From Octopus bimaculoides (Eukaryota), in assembly GCF_001194135.2 (NCBI RefSeq), contig NC_068991.1:8359885-8423884 (forward strand): a stretch of DNA of 64,000 bases. The letters run 5' to 3'. Below, piece by piece: positions 38,350 to 49,256 of the stretch. Position 1 is the stretch's first letter; every line of letters starts with the position of its first letter. The notes beneath the pieces are model-generated. The model made no database searches and was not told the DNA's origin. It was given only the letters and a program-made list of their open reading frames with translations. A program made the translations under genes and the position numbers.

Positions 38350-39110
38350 CATCATCATTATCATTGTTATTATTATCATTAAGGTGGCGAGTTGGCAGAA
38401 TAAGTACCAGTTGAGTACTGGGGTCAATGTAATCGACTATACCCCTCCCCCAAATTTCAGGCCTTGTACCTATATTAGAAAAGATTATTATTTATCTTCT
38501 CCATGCTCCATATCTCATTTAAAAACAATTAGTAGGGTCTTATTGGTCACTGATTTCATTCAGGCATTTTGAAAAACAAGCTAATTTTTAAATTGCATCT
38601 TTTGGGGACATTTATGTTTGTGCTTTGAAGTGCATTTACCTGTGACTTTTCAAGGTACGTAAGTGCGTGCAAGTGTGGTTATGTGGTTAAGAAGCTTGCT
38701 TCCCAAATGTGTAGGATTGGGTTCAGTCCCACTGTGTGATACCTTGGACAAGTGTCTTCTATTATGGTCCTAGGCCGATCGATGCCTTATGAGTAGATTT
38801 GATTGACAGAAACTGAATGAAGCATATCATGTGTGTGTTTGTGTGTATGTACATGCGGGTTTGTACCCTTATCTATTTGATTTTTGCAAATGAGCATCAT
38901 CATTGTTTATGTGAAAAATGTATCTAGCCATGGACAGTATTATCATACTTGGAAACAAATTAGCGTTGGCAACAGGAAGGGCACCTGGCCGTAGAAAAAT
39001 CTGCCTTACCAACAAATTGTCTGACCAATTCAGGCATGGAACAGCAGACATTAAATGATGTTGATGATGATGATGTATAATTATACTTATCTTTATTTTT
39101 ATTTTCACAG

Positions 39111-39241
39111 GCATGGAGCACACAACTGGGAAGGGCCTGGTGCTCTGACTGCTATGACAGCCCTTGAAAAACTGCGTATCCTTGTCCAGTCAGCAGATTG
39201 GATAGAAAACAAAGTTGCAGCTGACCATGTGATTTTTTCAG
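39111..39241 (+). CDS. Secreted hydrolase exon 4 (ends at a GC donor)
   Basis: ttttcacag|G HGAHNWEGPGALTAMTALEKL...DHVIFS G|gcatgt. Only the GC donor keeps the GHSMG motif. Confidence 0.88.
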
Positions 39242-39522
39242 GCATGTTACAATGTTAAAATAATTTTCTGAATTAAACATGCAATATTTATTTAAAGATT
39301 TGCCAAGAAGTTTTGAGTAAATGTGGCTGTGTATTAAGAATTTTGCTTCCCAACCACATGGTTCCAGGTTCAGTCCCTCTGTGTGGCACCTTGGGCAAGT
39401 GTCTTCTACTATAGCCTTGGGCCGACCAAAACCTTGCAAGTGAATTTGAAAGATGCTGGCCAGATAGGAAGCTCCAATTGTCTGTTTTATTTTCACAGGC
39501 ATGTAGCTCATAACTTGTCACT

Positions 39523-39678
39523 GGCACAGATGCTTTATATGTGGCACCAGCACAGGTACTTTATATGTGACACAAGCACAAGTACTTTATATGTGGCACC
39601 AGCACAGGTATTTATATGTGGCACTGGCACAAGTGCTTTATATGTGGCACTGGTACAGGTGCTCCTTACGTGGCAATG
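39523..39678. repeat. 26-bp minisatellite, about 6 copies
   Basis: Unit gcacaggtactttatatgtggcacca with variants, related to the gtgccac units of the third repeat family. Confidence 0.8.
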
Positions 39679-39848
39679 GTATGGGTGCATTTTACATGAC
39701 ACCTGTGTAGTTCACAATTGAGCAGACCATGTATCTCAGATCAATGACAAATGAATCCGTGTTAAACTAGGATAAATGTAATACGTTTGTTTCTTATTTC
39801 TACTTTCTCATGTTAACAATACTGATAATGCCATTCACTGCTCTTCAG

Positions 39849-39975
39849 GTCATTCAATGGGTGGTCATGGAGCATGGCACCTTGCTACTCACTTTCCTGA
39901 CCGTGCCCTAGCTGTAGTCTCCCTCGCAGGATGGATCAAGAAAGAAGAATACGGGGACAGTAATCTGTTTTTCAG
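39849..39975 (+). CDS. Secreted hydrolase exon 5 (nucleophile elbow)
   Basis: ctcttcag| ... AG|gtttgt; GHSMGGHGAWHLATHFPDRALAVVSLAGW carries G-x-S-x-G; catalytic Ser codon at 39854-39856. Confidence 0.93.
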
Positions 39976-40190
39976 GTTTGTTTCAGAAATTGTTTTTTCA
40001 TCTCTTTCACAGTAAAAACATGGCTGTGTGGTTAAGAAGCCTGCTTTGTAACCACAATACAACACATAATAAAATACCATCTGACATGGTTTATTGAACT
40101 GTCAGTGCAACATAAAATGGGGTTTCTCACAAACCCCATCCGAAATTGTTTGTAGAAAGCCAAAAATGATAGTATTATCTTATATTTCAG

Positions 40191-40290
40191 ACATGATATT
40201 TCAGCAAGCCACACAGATCCATCTGTCAAAGCAATAATGGAAGCTGCTATTGCAGAAAATGATGCTGACAGACATGTTTCAAATCTTAAG
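40191..40290 (+). CDS. Secreted hydrolase exon 6
   Basis: tatttcag| ... AAG|gtaact; HDISASHTDPSVKAIMEAAIAENDADRHVSNLK. Confidence 0.9.
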
Positions 40291-41320
40291 GTAACTGTTC
40301 AATCCACTCCACAATATATTCCACAATTGCTTATTATTTCCACTATGTCTGCATATACAAGTGATAAGTTGATAATGAATTGCAATCTCTGTGAATATTG
40401 TTGGTATTTTGTTATTTTTAGAGTGAGATTTAAGATGGCTATAGAGTTTACCATTTAGTTTACCACAGAATTTTTATGTATGATCTCATATATATCATAG
40501 AAAAATGATATTTTATAATTATTGGGTAAGAAATTTGTTGCACATCCACATGATTTGGGATTCAGTACTTCTGTGTGGTACCTTGTGCAAGCGTCTTTTA
40601 TTATAGCTCTGGGCTGACCAAAGTCTTGTGAATGGATTTGATAAACAGAAACTGAAAGAAGCCTGATATATATATATACATTTTCAAAATGTAACTACAT
40701 GTGGATTGCTTTTTTTCTCCGTTTTCCTTTTCTCTTGGACTTTCCTGATTCCTGTTTCTGAAGAAGAGCTTTGCTTGAAACGTAAAACTACCTATCTTTC
40801 CTTCCCTGAGCATCTGTTAATACTTTGCATGTACTATGTCCTCGCATTGTTGCTTTTTTCTTGTGTTTTTTCTTCATTTTTGGGGGGCTTTATTTATTTA
40901 TGTATGTATATATGTATGTATTTGTGTGTGTAATGTGTGTGTTACTATCTCCTTGCCTTGACTTCAAATGATAGTTGGAAATGAGTGCCATTGTTATGTA
41001 AGTGATGTCTGTTTCTAATCTTACATGAAAGAACTCTATGTTATATATGCATGCAATAAGCTTCTTTCAGTTTCTATGTATCAAATCCACTCACAAGGCT
41101 TCACTCATCTATAGTAGAAGTCCCTCGCCCAAGGTGCCACACACTGGAATTGAACCTGAAACCATGTGGTAAGGAGGCAGATTTCCTAATTTTGATAGAA
41201 ACTGAATATCCTTTATTGTAATTAAACAAAATAATCTCTTTCTTGAAAATGTATTGTTATATTTTTCATTAATTTATTAATTAATTAACTAATTGGCTTG
41301 TTTTGTTTTTCAATCAAAAG

Positions 41321-41469
41321 GGAATTCCAGTGTTAGCAAGAATTGGAGAAAATGATAGAACTGTCCACCCCTATTTCGTAAGGCGGATGTTTCGATTGAT
41401 TTCAGAACTGAAGACAGCCATCAATTATACAGAACTCTCAGGCAAGGAGCATTGGTGGTGGGATACTTG
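41321..41469 (+). CDS. Secreted hydrolase exon 7 (candidate catalytic Asp and His)
   Basis: caaaag| ... TG|gtgagt; GIPVLARIGENDRTVHPYF...ELSGKEHWWWDTW. GxxDxxV and GxxH motifs are typical of S9-like/esterase hydrolases. Confidence 0.92.
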
Positions 41470-41998
41470 GTGAGTCAAGAAGGGAAATCAAAGAAAAACA
41501 CTGGTTTTTTTTCTCTATTATTGTTTTTTTTCTTTACTCTTCTTTCAACCCTTTCCCTTCCTAACATCAAATCACACACAAACATTCTATCAATTTTACA
41601 TTCAAACTGGCCATATTTGGTCTCTCGTGCCTAACAATGGTATCGTTGAACTCTTGAAGCTACAAAATAGTGCATGCTTAATTCAAAATAATATGAATAA
41701 ATGAGCATTATATTTGACAGAGTAATGTGAATGCTAAAGGGTTTTAAATGTTTAGGTTTTGGCTTATATTCCATCTCCTGTAAGATAAAAATCTCGTTCT
41801 TCCTGTTCTTTTAGATGTTATGATGTTTGGTGCTATTTACATGTCACTGGCACAGTATTTTTAAAACGATATTGTAGGGTAGGTGTAAGAGGCCAGATCT
41901 GTCTGGTCTGATTTTAAAATAAGTGGAATATTTTGGTCAGATATGGCCAGTTTAAATGCTAAAGGGTTAATCATGCCGTTTTCTTCAACATTTTGCAG

Positions 41999-42269
41999 GT
42001 CTGTCAATGACGGAGGTGCTGTGCATGACCAACAGTTGAGGTCATTTGCACAGAAACACGGTGGCATCTCAGAGTTCAGTAAAAGCTCAGGAAGCTGTAG
42101 TGTTGACAAAGAGCATTGCTCTAGTGGTAATCAGTATTCAATCACTGCTTCTCAACGTCCAGTCGATGGCCATCATACTCTGGTGACACTTAACCCTGCT
42201 TTCGGAGAATCTATCCATGGTATTTGTGTCCTGCAACAAATTACACCTTTCCGAACAACCACCATAGAT
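41999..42269 (+). CDS. Secreted hydrolase exon 8
   Basis: ttttgcag| ... GAT|gtaagt, 271 bp, frame continuous. Confidence 0.88.
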
Positions 42270-43449
42270 GTAAGTAAACAAATATATTAACTCCTTTAAG
42301 TCTGTAAAGTAAATATCATTGTCATCATCATCATCATCGTCGTCGTTATCGTCATCATCTGCCCAGGCAACTTACCTGAACAAATGCAACTCTCCCATGC
42401 CAGGTATCCTAATTGAGCAATACACCATAAGCATCTCGCTTGCGTTTTAGTCATATTGGTCTTTTTCTAACTGAAATATCTCATCTGTGCACAGATGATG
42501 ATAGTGGTTAGCTAACTGAACTGATTCATCTTGCCCATTGATCATTTGGTGTCTGTTCACCTGCTCAGCATCTAATGATATTTACCATTAATTCAATAAA
42601 TTCATTTGCTGAAGTAGTTCACATCATCCATCATGCTGCAGTCACCTGACTTCAATGAACCCTGACTCGGGTGGCTCACATGTTAATTAACTCAAAACTA
42701 GTACCCTGACAGATGCTACTACTCTGGGTCAGGGTAGATCCGGGAATAATAGTTAATAAGATGTGGTTCCACACTCCTCAAAAACCTAGAGCTCTTATAC
42801 TAGGGCCCCATTATTGGATGCAGTTTAAAGTCATATCCAGGGCATAGAATATATTGCCTCCATTAATTTTCAGGCTCAGCACAATTTTCGATTTTTAATC
42901 AACATTGTGGTGATTAAATTTTTGCATACTAGTGTACAGACACCAAATTAATTTGTTAAAATTGGTTGCAATTAACATCCCTTAGTAAAAAGCACTCAGT
43001 CCACTCTGTGGGGTGTTTGGTGTTAGGAAGGGCATCCAGCCATAAAGACCATGCCAAAACAGACACAATAACCTGGTGTAGTCTTCTACCTGGCTGGCTC
43101 CTGTCAAACCGTCCAACCCATGCCAGCATAGAAGACAGACGTTAAATGATGACGATGACGATGAAGTTATATGAAATATGTAGAATTCTGAAAAATATCC
43201 CACTATCAAAAATGAGTTAATCCTTTTCAAGCCAACCTACTTGTGACTACCCTTGGTTCTGTGATACAAACTTCTTGTTTTACACGGATCTAAATTAAAA
43301 CCTTCCTTTGAAATTTCATGTTAATTTCTTTTTAATAACCACCAGTTTAATAATGACTTATTTCACAAAAAAAAAAATTTTTTTTCTAAATGCTACAGTT
43401 TTTCACATTCTAACTTGAATTCAATCAATATTTCTTTGTCATTGGAAAG

Positions 43450-43557
43450 ATCCATCAAACTGGCGACTCTATTCAACTGCAAACATCAAATGTTGCTAAA
43501 TTCCAGCTTGTAAAAAGTTCAAACCGAGCAATAAACTGGACATCGGTTAATGTTGTT
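43450..43557 (+). CDS. Secreted hydrolase exon 9
   Basis: tttctttgtcattggaaag| ... GTT|gtaagt; IHQTGDSIQLQTSNVAKFQLVK... The upstream tacag acceptor would read into an in-frame TAA. Confidence 0.75.
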
Positions 43558-44094
43558 GTAAGTATGGTTATGATACTTTACTGTCTGAAATATAATAAGT
43601 TCTTATATATCATCATCATCATCATCATCATCATCGTCGTCGTTGTCATGGTTTAATGTCCGCTTTCCATGCTGGCATGGGTTGAACAATTTGACTGAGG
43701 ACTGCTGAGCCAGGAGGCTGCACCAGGCTCCAATCTGATCTGGCAGTGTTTCTACAGCTGGATGCCCTTCCTAATGCCAACCCTTTGTCTGTCCTTGTTT
43801 GTCCCCTCTATGTTTAGCCCCTTGTGGGCAATAAAGAAATAAGAACTGAGGCCTTGTCAAGCCTTCCTCCACAACTCATCTTCTGTTTTCTTCACTTAAG
43901 TACTGGGGTTGATTTGTTCAACTAAACCTGTCAATACAGTGCCCTGGCATAGCTGTAGTCCAATAACTAAAGCATGTAAAAAGGAAAATAAAAGACCTGT
44001 ATAAACTGCTTTAAGGTCTCACTTTATAATATAATTTCTGACTGGATTTCATTTTTCTATGTTACTGTTTATGTTTTGTTTATTTTTGTTTTAG

Positions 44095-44179
44095 GTTGAT
44101 ACTGACTTCACTGTTCCTCCAACCTCAGTGCACACTATGATGAACACACCTGATAAAGAACACCTGTGCAGATCTGAAG
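44095..44179 (+). CDS. Secreted hydrolase exon 10
   Basis: gttttag| ... G|gttaat; VDTDFTVPPTSVHTMMNTPDKEHLCRSE. Confidence 0.78.
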
Positions 44180-44186
44180 GTTAATT

Positions 44187-44218
<32 letters not shown>

Positions 44219-44221
<3 letters not shown>

Positions 44222-44603
44222 TGATATCTCACAGTACAAGTTTAATTCATTCCGTGACTGAACTCGTCTTATGATTTACTTGTTTTACAAATCAATTTTC
44301 CCCATTGAAGTTAACTAAAATGTAATTAATCTGTTCCAGCCCCCCAAAACCACTCGAAAATAATTTTTTATGGGTTTTAAAACAGAAAAGTTGTAGTTAC
44401 AAGTAAAATGACAATTATAAAAAAGAGAATGTAAAAGAAATATGTAAATTGGTTTTATTAATTGAATTACCTTAAAGATGGGACGACTTGTGTTCTCATA
44501 CTGTGGATTTCTGCTTGTACTTCATGACAAAAATTCGCACGAGTCTCGGCTCGTACAGTTGATTACTCGTACAATGGTGCACTCGTACTGTAAGGTTCTA
44601 CTG
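44219..44603. mobile_element. Tigger/pogo-type MITE inserted in a (TA)n tract
   Basis: TA-flanked; TIRs CAGTGATATCTCACAGTACAAGT vs reverse complement of the right end CAGTAGAACCTTACAGTACGAGT (17/23). Confidence 0.75.
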
Positions 44604-44997
44604 TATATGTATTTGCACACACACACATTTAGAGTGGACTGACTGAAATAAAAAGGAGTTCCCCACACCATGATAGAAATTAGTATTTTATTTTGGCTGA
44701 GTCTGTCTTTTGTTTGTTTGAATTTCACCTGTAGATGCACAGAATCATCAGGCTAGTTGTGACTGAAGATCCTGTAAATATACAGGTGAAACTCAGAGAC
44801 TGGCTTAACCCAAATAACATGAGGGGCTGTGTGGTAAGTAGCTTCCTTATCAACCACATGGTTCCGGGTTCAGTCCCACTGCATGGCACCATGAGCAAGT
44901 GCCTTCTACTATAGCCTAGGGCCGACCAAAAAAAAAAAAAAATCAAAGTTTATTATTATTATTATTATTATTGTTATTTATATTGTTGTCATTGAAG

Positions 44998-45099
44998 GTG
45001 AATGGTCTATATGTACCGAAAACAAGGAAACTAGCCGAGACTATCGTAACTATGGGCCTGCAAGACGTGTAGCTGAAAAACCCTTCTTGATAGTAACTG
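44998..45099 (+). CDS. Secreted hydrolase exon 11
   Basis: attgaag| ... G|gtatgt; GEWSICTENKETSRDYRNYGPARRVAEKPFLIVTG. Confidence 0.85.
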
Positions 45100-46661
45100 G
45101 TATGTCTTAGATTTTCTTACTTTCATATCAATGTAGTTTTTATTTTCAGTTTTTGCAAGTTCTTCCTTGGTCTTGTCAGTAATGGATGCTCAATCACAAT
45201 GATGGATGCTATCTCTAGCGGTCAAGCATCCATCATTGACAAGACCAATGAAGGTTGGAGTCATGTGATCATGTGATCTCGGTGCTGGAGATGGTGGGGA
45301 TTTATCTCTCCGTTAGCAATACAAACAAGAGTGTGTTTTGCACCATACTTGAATCTGTTCTGATATTACCATACATCACATTTCTGTTGGGCATATTATT
45401 ACTGTATCACATTTATCACATATCTATATATATATATATCTTATTTTTGTTTAGTATTGTGAGTCTTCCAACTATACTGTCTATCTTAAATTGCCATGCT
45501 TTATCATATTTCTGAAGCACACTTCATCATCACCATCATTTAAGATCCATTACCCATGCTGGCATGGGCTGGACGGTTTGACCAGGGCTGGTAAGCTGAG
45601 GGGCTGCACCAGACTCCAGTCCATTTTGGCATGGTTTCTACGGCTGGATGCCCTTCCTGTCACCAACCACTCCAAGTGTGTAATGGGTCCTTTTACGTGC
45701 CAATGGCATGGGTGCCAGTTGCGTGACACCAGTATCTGCCATGACTACAATTTCACTTGGCTTGATAGGTCTTCTTCTCAAGCACAGCATATTGCCAAAG
45801 GTCTCACTTATTTGTCATGGTCACCATGAGGCTCAACATTTGACAGGTGCATTTCATGTACCACTGGCATGGGTGCCAGTTGCCTTTGTGAAGCCCGACG
45901 CTTGAAGGTGCTTTTTACATGCCACCAGCACAAGTGCCATTTACTTGGGACCGGCATAATTGTCTGTTAGGAAGAAATATGTTCTTGTTGTTAACAGATA
46001 CAAATTCTCATCTTGGTGTTACCATTATCTTCCCAGTTCTATAGTATCAATAATCTATCTCCTCAATAAACAGATAAACATTTTATTATTGAGGTGATTT
46101 TTGGTTTTATATAACTTATTTAAATCATTAACTCTTTTGATGTAAGCCCACCTAAAACCATCCATGATTCACCATCATCATTTAACGTCCATTTTCCATG
46201 CTGGCATGGGTGAGACGGTTTGACTGGAACTGGTAAGCTGGAGAGCTGCACCAGGTTCCAGTCTGATTTGGCATGGTTTCTGCGACTGGACACCCTTCCT
46301 AATGCCAACCACTCCAAGTGTGTAATAGGTGGTTTTTATGTGCCTTCAGTGTGGGTGTCATTTACATGACACCGACAACGGTCATGACTACAATTTCACA
46401 GGTGCCAAATGCAAATTCTTGTTTTAAAGTAACCTAAATTAAACTTTCTATCAAAATTTCATATTAATTTATGTTCCAAACACCATCAAAATTCTTCATT
46501 ATTTCCAAAATTAATTGAAACAAAAGCATTGCATGTGAACAGAAATATGGTCATGAAAGGGTTTAGTCTGTTTTTATTCCTGATTTAAAAATTTAAAAGC
46601 GATTAATAAAAAAAAACAACCTATTTCAGACATGTTTCAATTTAGTATGTTTTAATTTCAG

Positions 46662-46793
46662 GTACTTTAGGTTCTGTAGTTACTAACCAAATACTTCTAC
46701 AACTTGCTGTATATATTTCCAACCACTTCTGGCTTTCATCAGATACTTCAGCAGCCATTGTTAAAGATACTGAAGTACCGCTAGAAAAACTAA
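46662..46793 (+). CDS. Secreted hydrolase exon 12
   Basis: aatttcag| ... A|gtaagt; TLGSVVTNQILLQLAVYISNHFWLSSDTSAAIVKDTEV. Confidence 0.87.
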
Positions 46794-46905
46794 GTAAGTT
46801 AAGCTGTTTCAATCCTAATCAAAATATGTTATCTTTCTCCTACTTTAAAGAAATTGTATATATTATGAGTAATCTTATCTTATTAATGATATATATTCAT
46901 TTCAG

Positions 46906-46992
46906 AGAAAAGAAACCTCATAATCATAGGTGGCCCTAAAGAAAACAGCTTAACATCTGAATTTCTTAAAAAAATACCTATAAACATTGAAG
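46906..46992 (+). CDS. Secreted hydrolase exon 13
   Basis: catttcag| ... G|gtaatg; KRNLIIIGGPKENSLTSEFLKKIPINIE. Confidence 0.87.
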
Positions 46993-47421
46993 GTAATGAT
47001 ATTTCATATTTTTTTCTTGCATCACCAGTTGTAGAGTATGAAACTCTTAATCTTGGGGTTGTGGGTTTGAGCCCCATGTTGAGCAAATACTTTGTAACCG
47101 TTTAGCATTTAAACAGGCCATTTCAGGCCCAAATATTCCACTTATTTTGTGTTGAAACCAACCGGATCCAGGTTCTCGGGATTCTTCTTGGTGATGTTCT
47201 AATTACATTTCTGTGATATTGGAGCTGTGATCACTCAATGCAGAGAAATAGCAGCTTGACCTGGAGAGACTCCCTCCTCCACAGATGGCCTTACCTTTGC
47301 AGGAACCCCATTTCAACTTCTTGTATTCATGATTGTATTCATTTGGTCATTACCATAATTTTAAAAGAACATGCAAATGTATACTGCTGCTATTTCCACC
47401 TTGTTATCTCTTATTCTACAG

Positions 47422-47597
47422 ATAATAAAATTATTTTGGAGAAATGCAGATTCAAGTCTTTGCGATCAGGAATCTTGTCTTTGGTACCAAATGGAGGAGA
47501 CAACTTGGCGTTGTTATTGATGGGTCAGTCTTTTGAAGGATTACTTGATATTGTTTCTCTGGCAACGCCTACTATACCACCAATGTGTAGGTCTCCC
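47422..47597 (+). CDS. Secreted hydrolase exon 14
   Basis: attctacag| ... CCC|gtaagt; DNKIILEKCRFKSLRSGILSLVPNGGDNLALLLMGQSFEGLLDIVSLATPTIPPMCRSP. Confidence 0.87.
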
Positions 47598-48912
47598 GTA
47601 AGTCTGTTGTTTTATTCTTCATCCCAATAACATTATTGCAAATACCTCTTTACTGTCTTTTTATTTATTTCCAATCTAATTCCTGCTAGTGCCAACCATC
47701 ACTGGTTTACCAGTTCTAGTGAGTGTTCTTGATGTCATAGTCTTATTTGATATTATTGAAGTGTGTGTGTGTGTGTGTGTGTGTAAGGGAGCTCTTTAAT
47801 CCTAGTGGACAATCATTCTAGTACTGGTGACACATTAAAATGTATTGTTAGCAAACAATTACCAACTTTCTGAAGCCAGGATTTGAAATCGAAACCACAG
47901 TTTCAAGCTAGTTATTGGCTAATTGTTCTCATTTTTTTTGCACTAAGAGATTAGCATGACAAAACAGTGGGCAATATTTTTTCTATTGTGTGTATATCAG
48001 ACAACAAAGAATCGTGACAATAGGAGTTGCTGCTTTTGAACAGGCCTGTCCATCCCATACCTATATAGACAAGCAAATATATAAAACAATATGCGTTCAT
48101 GCTTCTATTACTGGTATTGCTCTGGGACTGATTACCAAAAATTTGTTCTGTTTATTTTATCTGTTCTCTATTCAGCTGCCAAATATGGCCTTCCAGCAGC
48201 AACCCTATCCAGCTAGGGATTGACCACTCTCCAGCGGCTTCACATAGCTGTCTGACTTGAGCCTAAAGCCGTGTTCAAAAATGTGGAGATTGAAATCTGG
48301 CAAGCAAATGCAGTAAGAATGTCTGCTGTGTCCTTTCCTGCTAAATTTGACATACATTATTGTCAAATTTAGCCTGGACACCCTGTAAAAAGAAAGAAAA
48401 ATTTTTAAATGTTTATTATGATACATCATCATCATCATCTCTCCACTTTCCTTGCTGGCATAGGTTGGACGGTTTGACAGAAACTGGCTAAGCAAGACTG
48501 TACCAGGCTTCTGTGTCTGTTTTGACATAGTTTTTACGACTGGATGCCATTCCTAACACCAACCATTCTGCAGGGTGGTCTGAGTACTTTACACATCACA
48601 AATGAAGTCAGTTTAGACCTGGTTTTTACAGCTGGATACCCTTCCAAATGCCAACCACTTTACAGTGTCAACTGGATGTTTTTACCATTGCACCAGCACT
48701 GGCAGGGTCACCAAGTAACTTGCAAGACAAAGAGCCTTTGAGAGGGAAGGGGGAATTGGCAGAAGTGACTTTGTGCATGTTTTTTTTTTAAATGTCTCCT
48801 TAAAAATTATTTGAGATAAGTTTCTTTTTTTTTTCATAATTTATTTTTGTAAGTATTCTTTCTTATTTTCTTAATTTTTCCTTTCTTCCTTCTGTTTTTC
48901 TTATCTTTCTGT

Positions 48913-48922
48913 NNNNNNNNNN
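48913..48922. other. Assembly gap (other gaps: 5760-5969, 7439-7689, 14455-14801, 16283-16355, 61433-61650)
   Basis: Runs of N; several sit inside or next to microsatellites or homopolymer runs. Confidence 0.99.
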
Positions 48923-48982
48923 TTTTGGGGCAATGGATGGGAATTTAGGGCAGACATATCTTCATGTTCATGTCATGCATAG
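48923..48982 (+). CDS. Secreted hydrolase terminal exon, 5' part lost in assembly gap
   Basis: Immediately after the 10-N gap: FWGNGWEFRADISSCSCHA* (TAG 48980-48982). No acceptor is visible. Confidence 0.7.
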   Translation, partial: FWGNGWEFRADISSCSCHA

Positions 48983-49225
48983 GAAATAATGGCTTTCACA
49001 TCTTCCTTTCAACACATCTCAGAATTATGTTGAAGATTATGAAATTAAATTTTTCTTTTTTTTTTCATAATTTATTTTTGTAAGTATTCTTTCTTATTTT
49101 CTTAATTTTTCCTTTCTTCCTTCTGTTTTTCTTATCTTTCTGTATTGACATTTATTTCCTTTCTTGAATTATATTACATTGAAGAAGAAAAAAAAACCCT
49201 ACTGTTTCAGTCTACCAATTTCCTA

Positions 49226-49256
<31 letters not shown>

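Noticed and set aside
16242-38572. Poly-Ile ORFs (16.3 kb, 38.0-38.4 kb) and recurrent PCxGTEPGTMWLGSKLL / MEWLALGxASSC ORFs
   Set aside because: (AAT)n tracts and translations of the multi-copy SINE and retroposon families.
39523-39678. Regularly spaced repeats that could suggest a CRISPR array
   Set aside because: No unique spacers, eukaryotic context, simple minisatellite.
43399-43449. Stronger-looking acceptor tgctacag for hydrolase exon 9
   Set aside because: In the required phase it reads into TAA at the fifth codon; the downstream ggaaag acceptor keeps the frame.
47990-48528. ORFs on both strands with a strong minus-strand acceptor-like tract at ~48385
   Set aside because: No recognisable protein and stops in all frames; the apparent acceptor coincides with a TA-CAGGGTGTCC transposon-like end.
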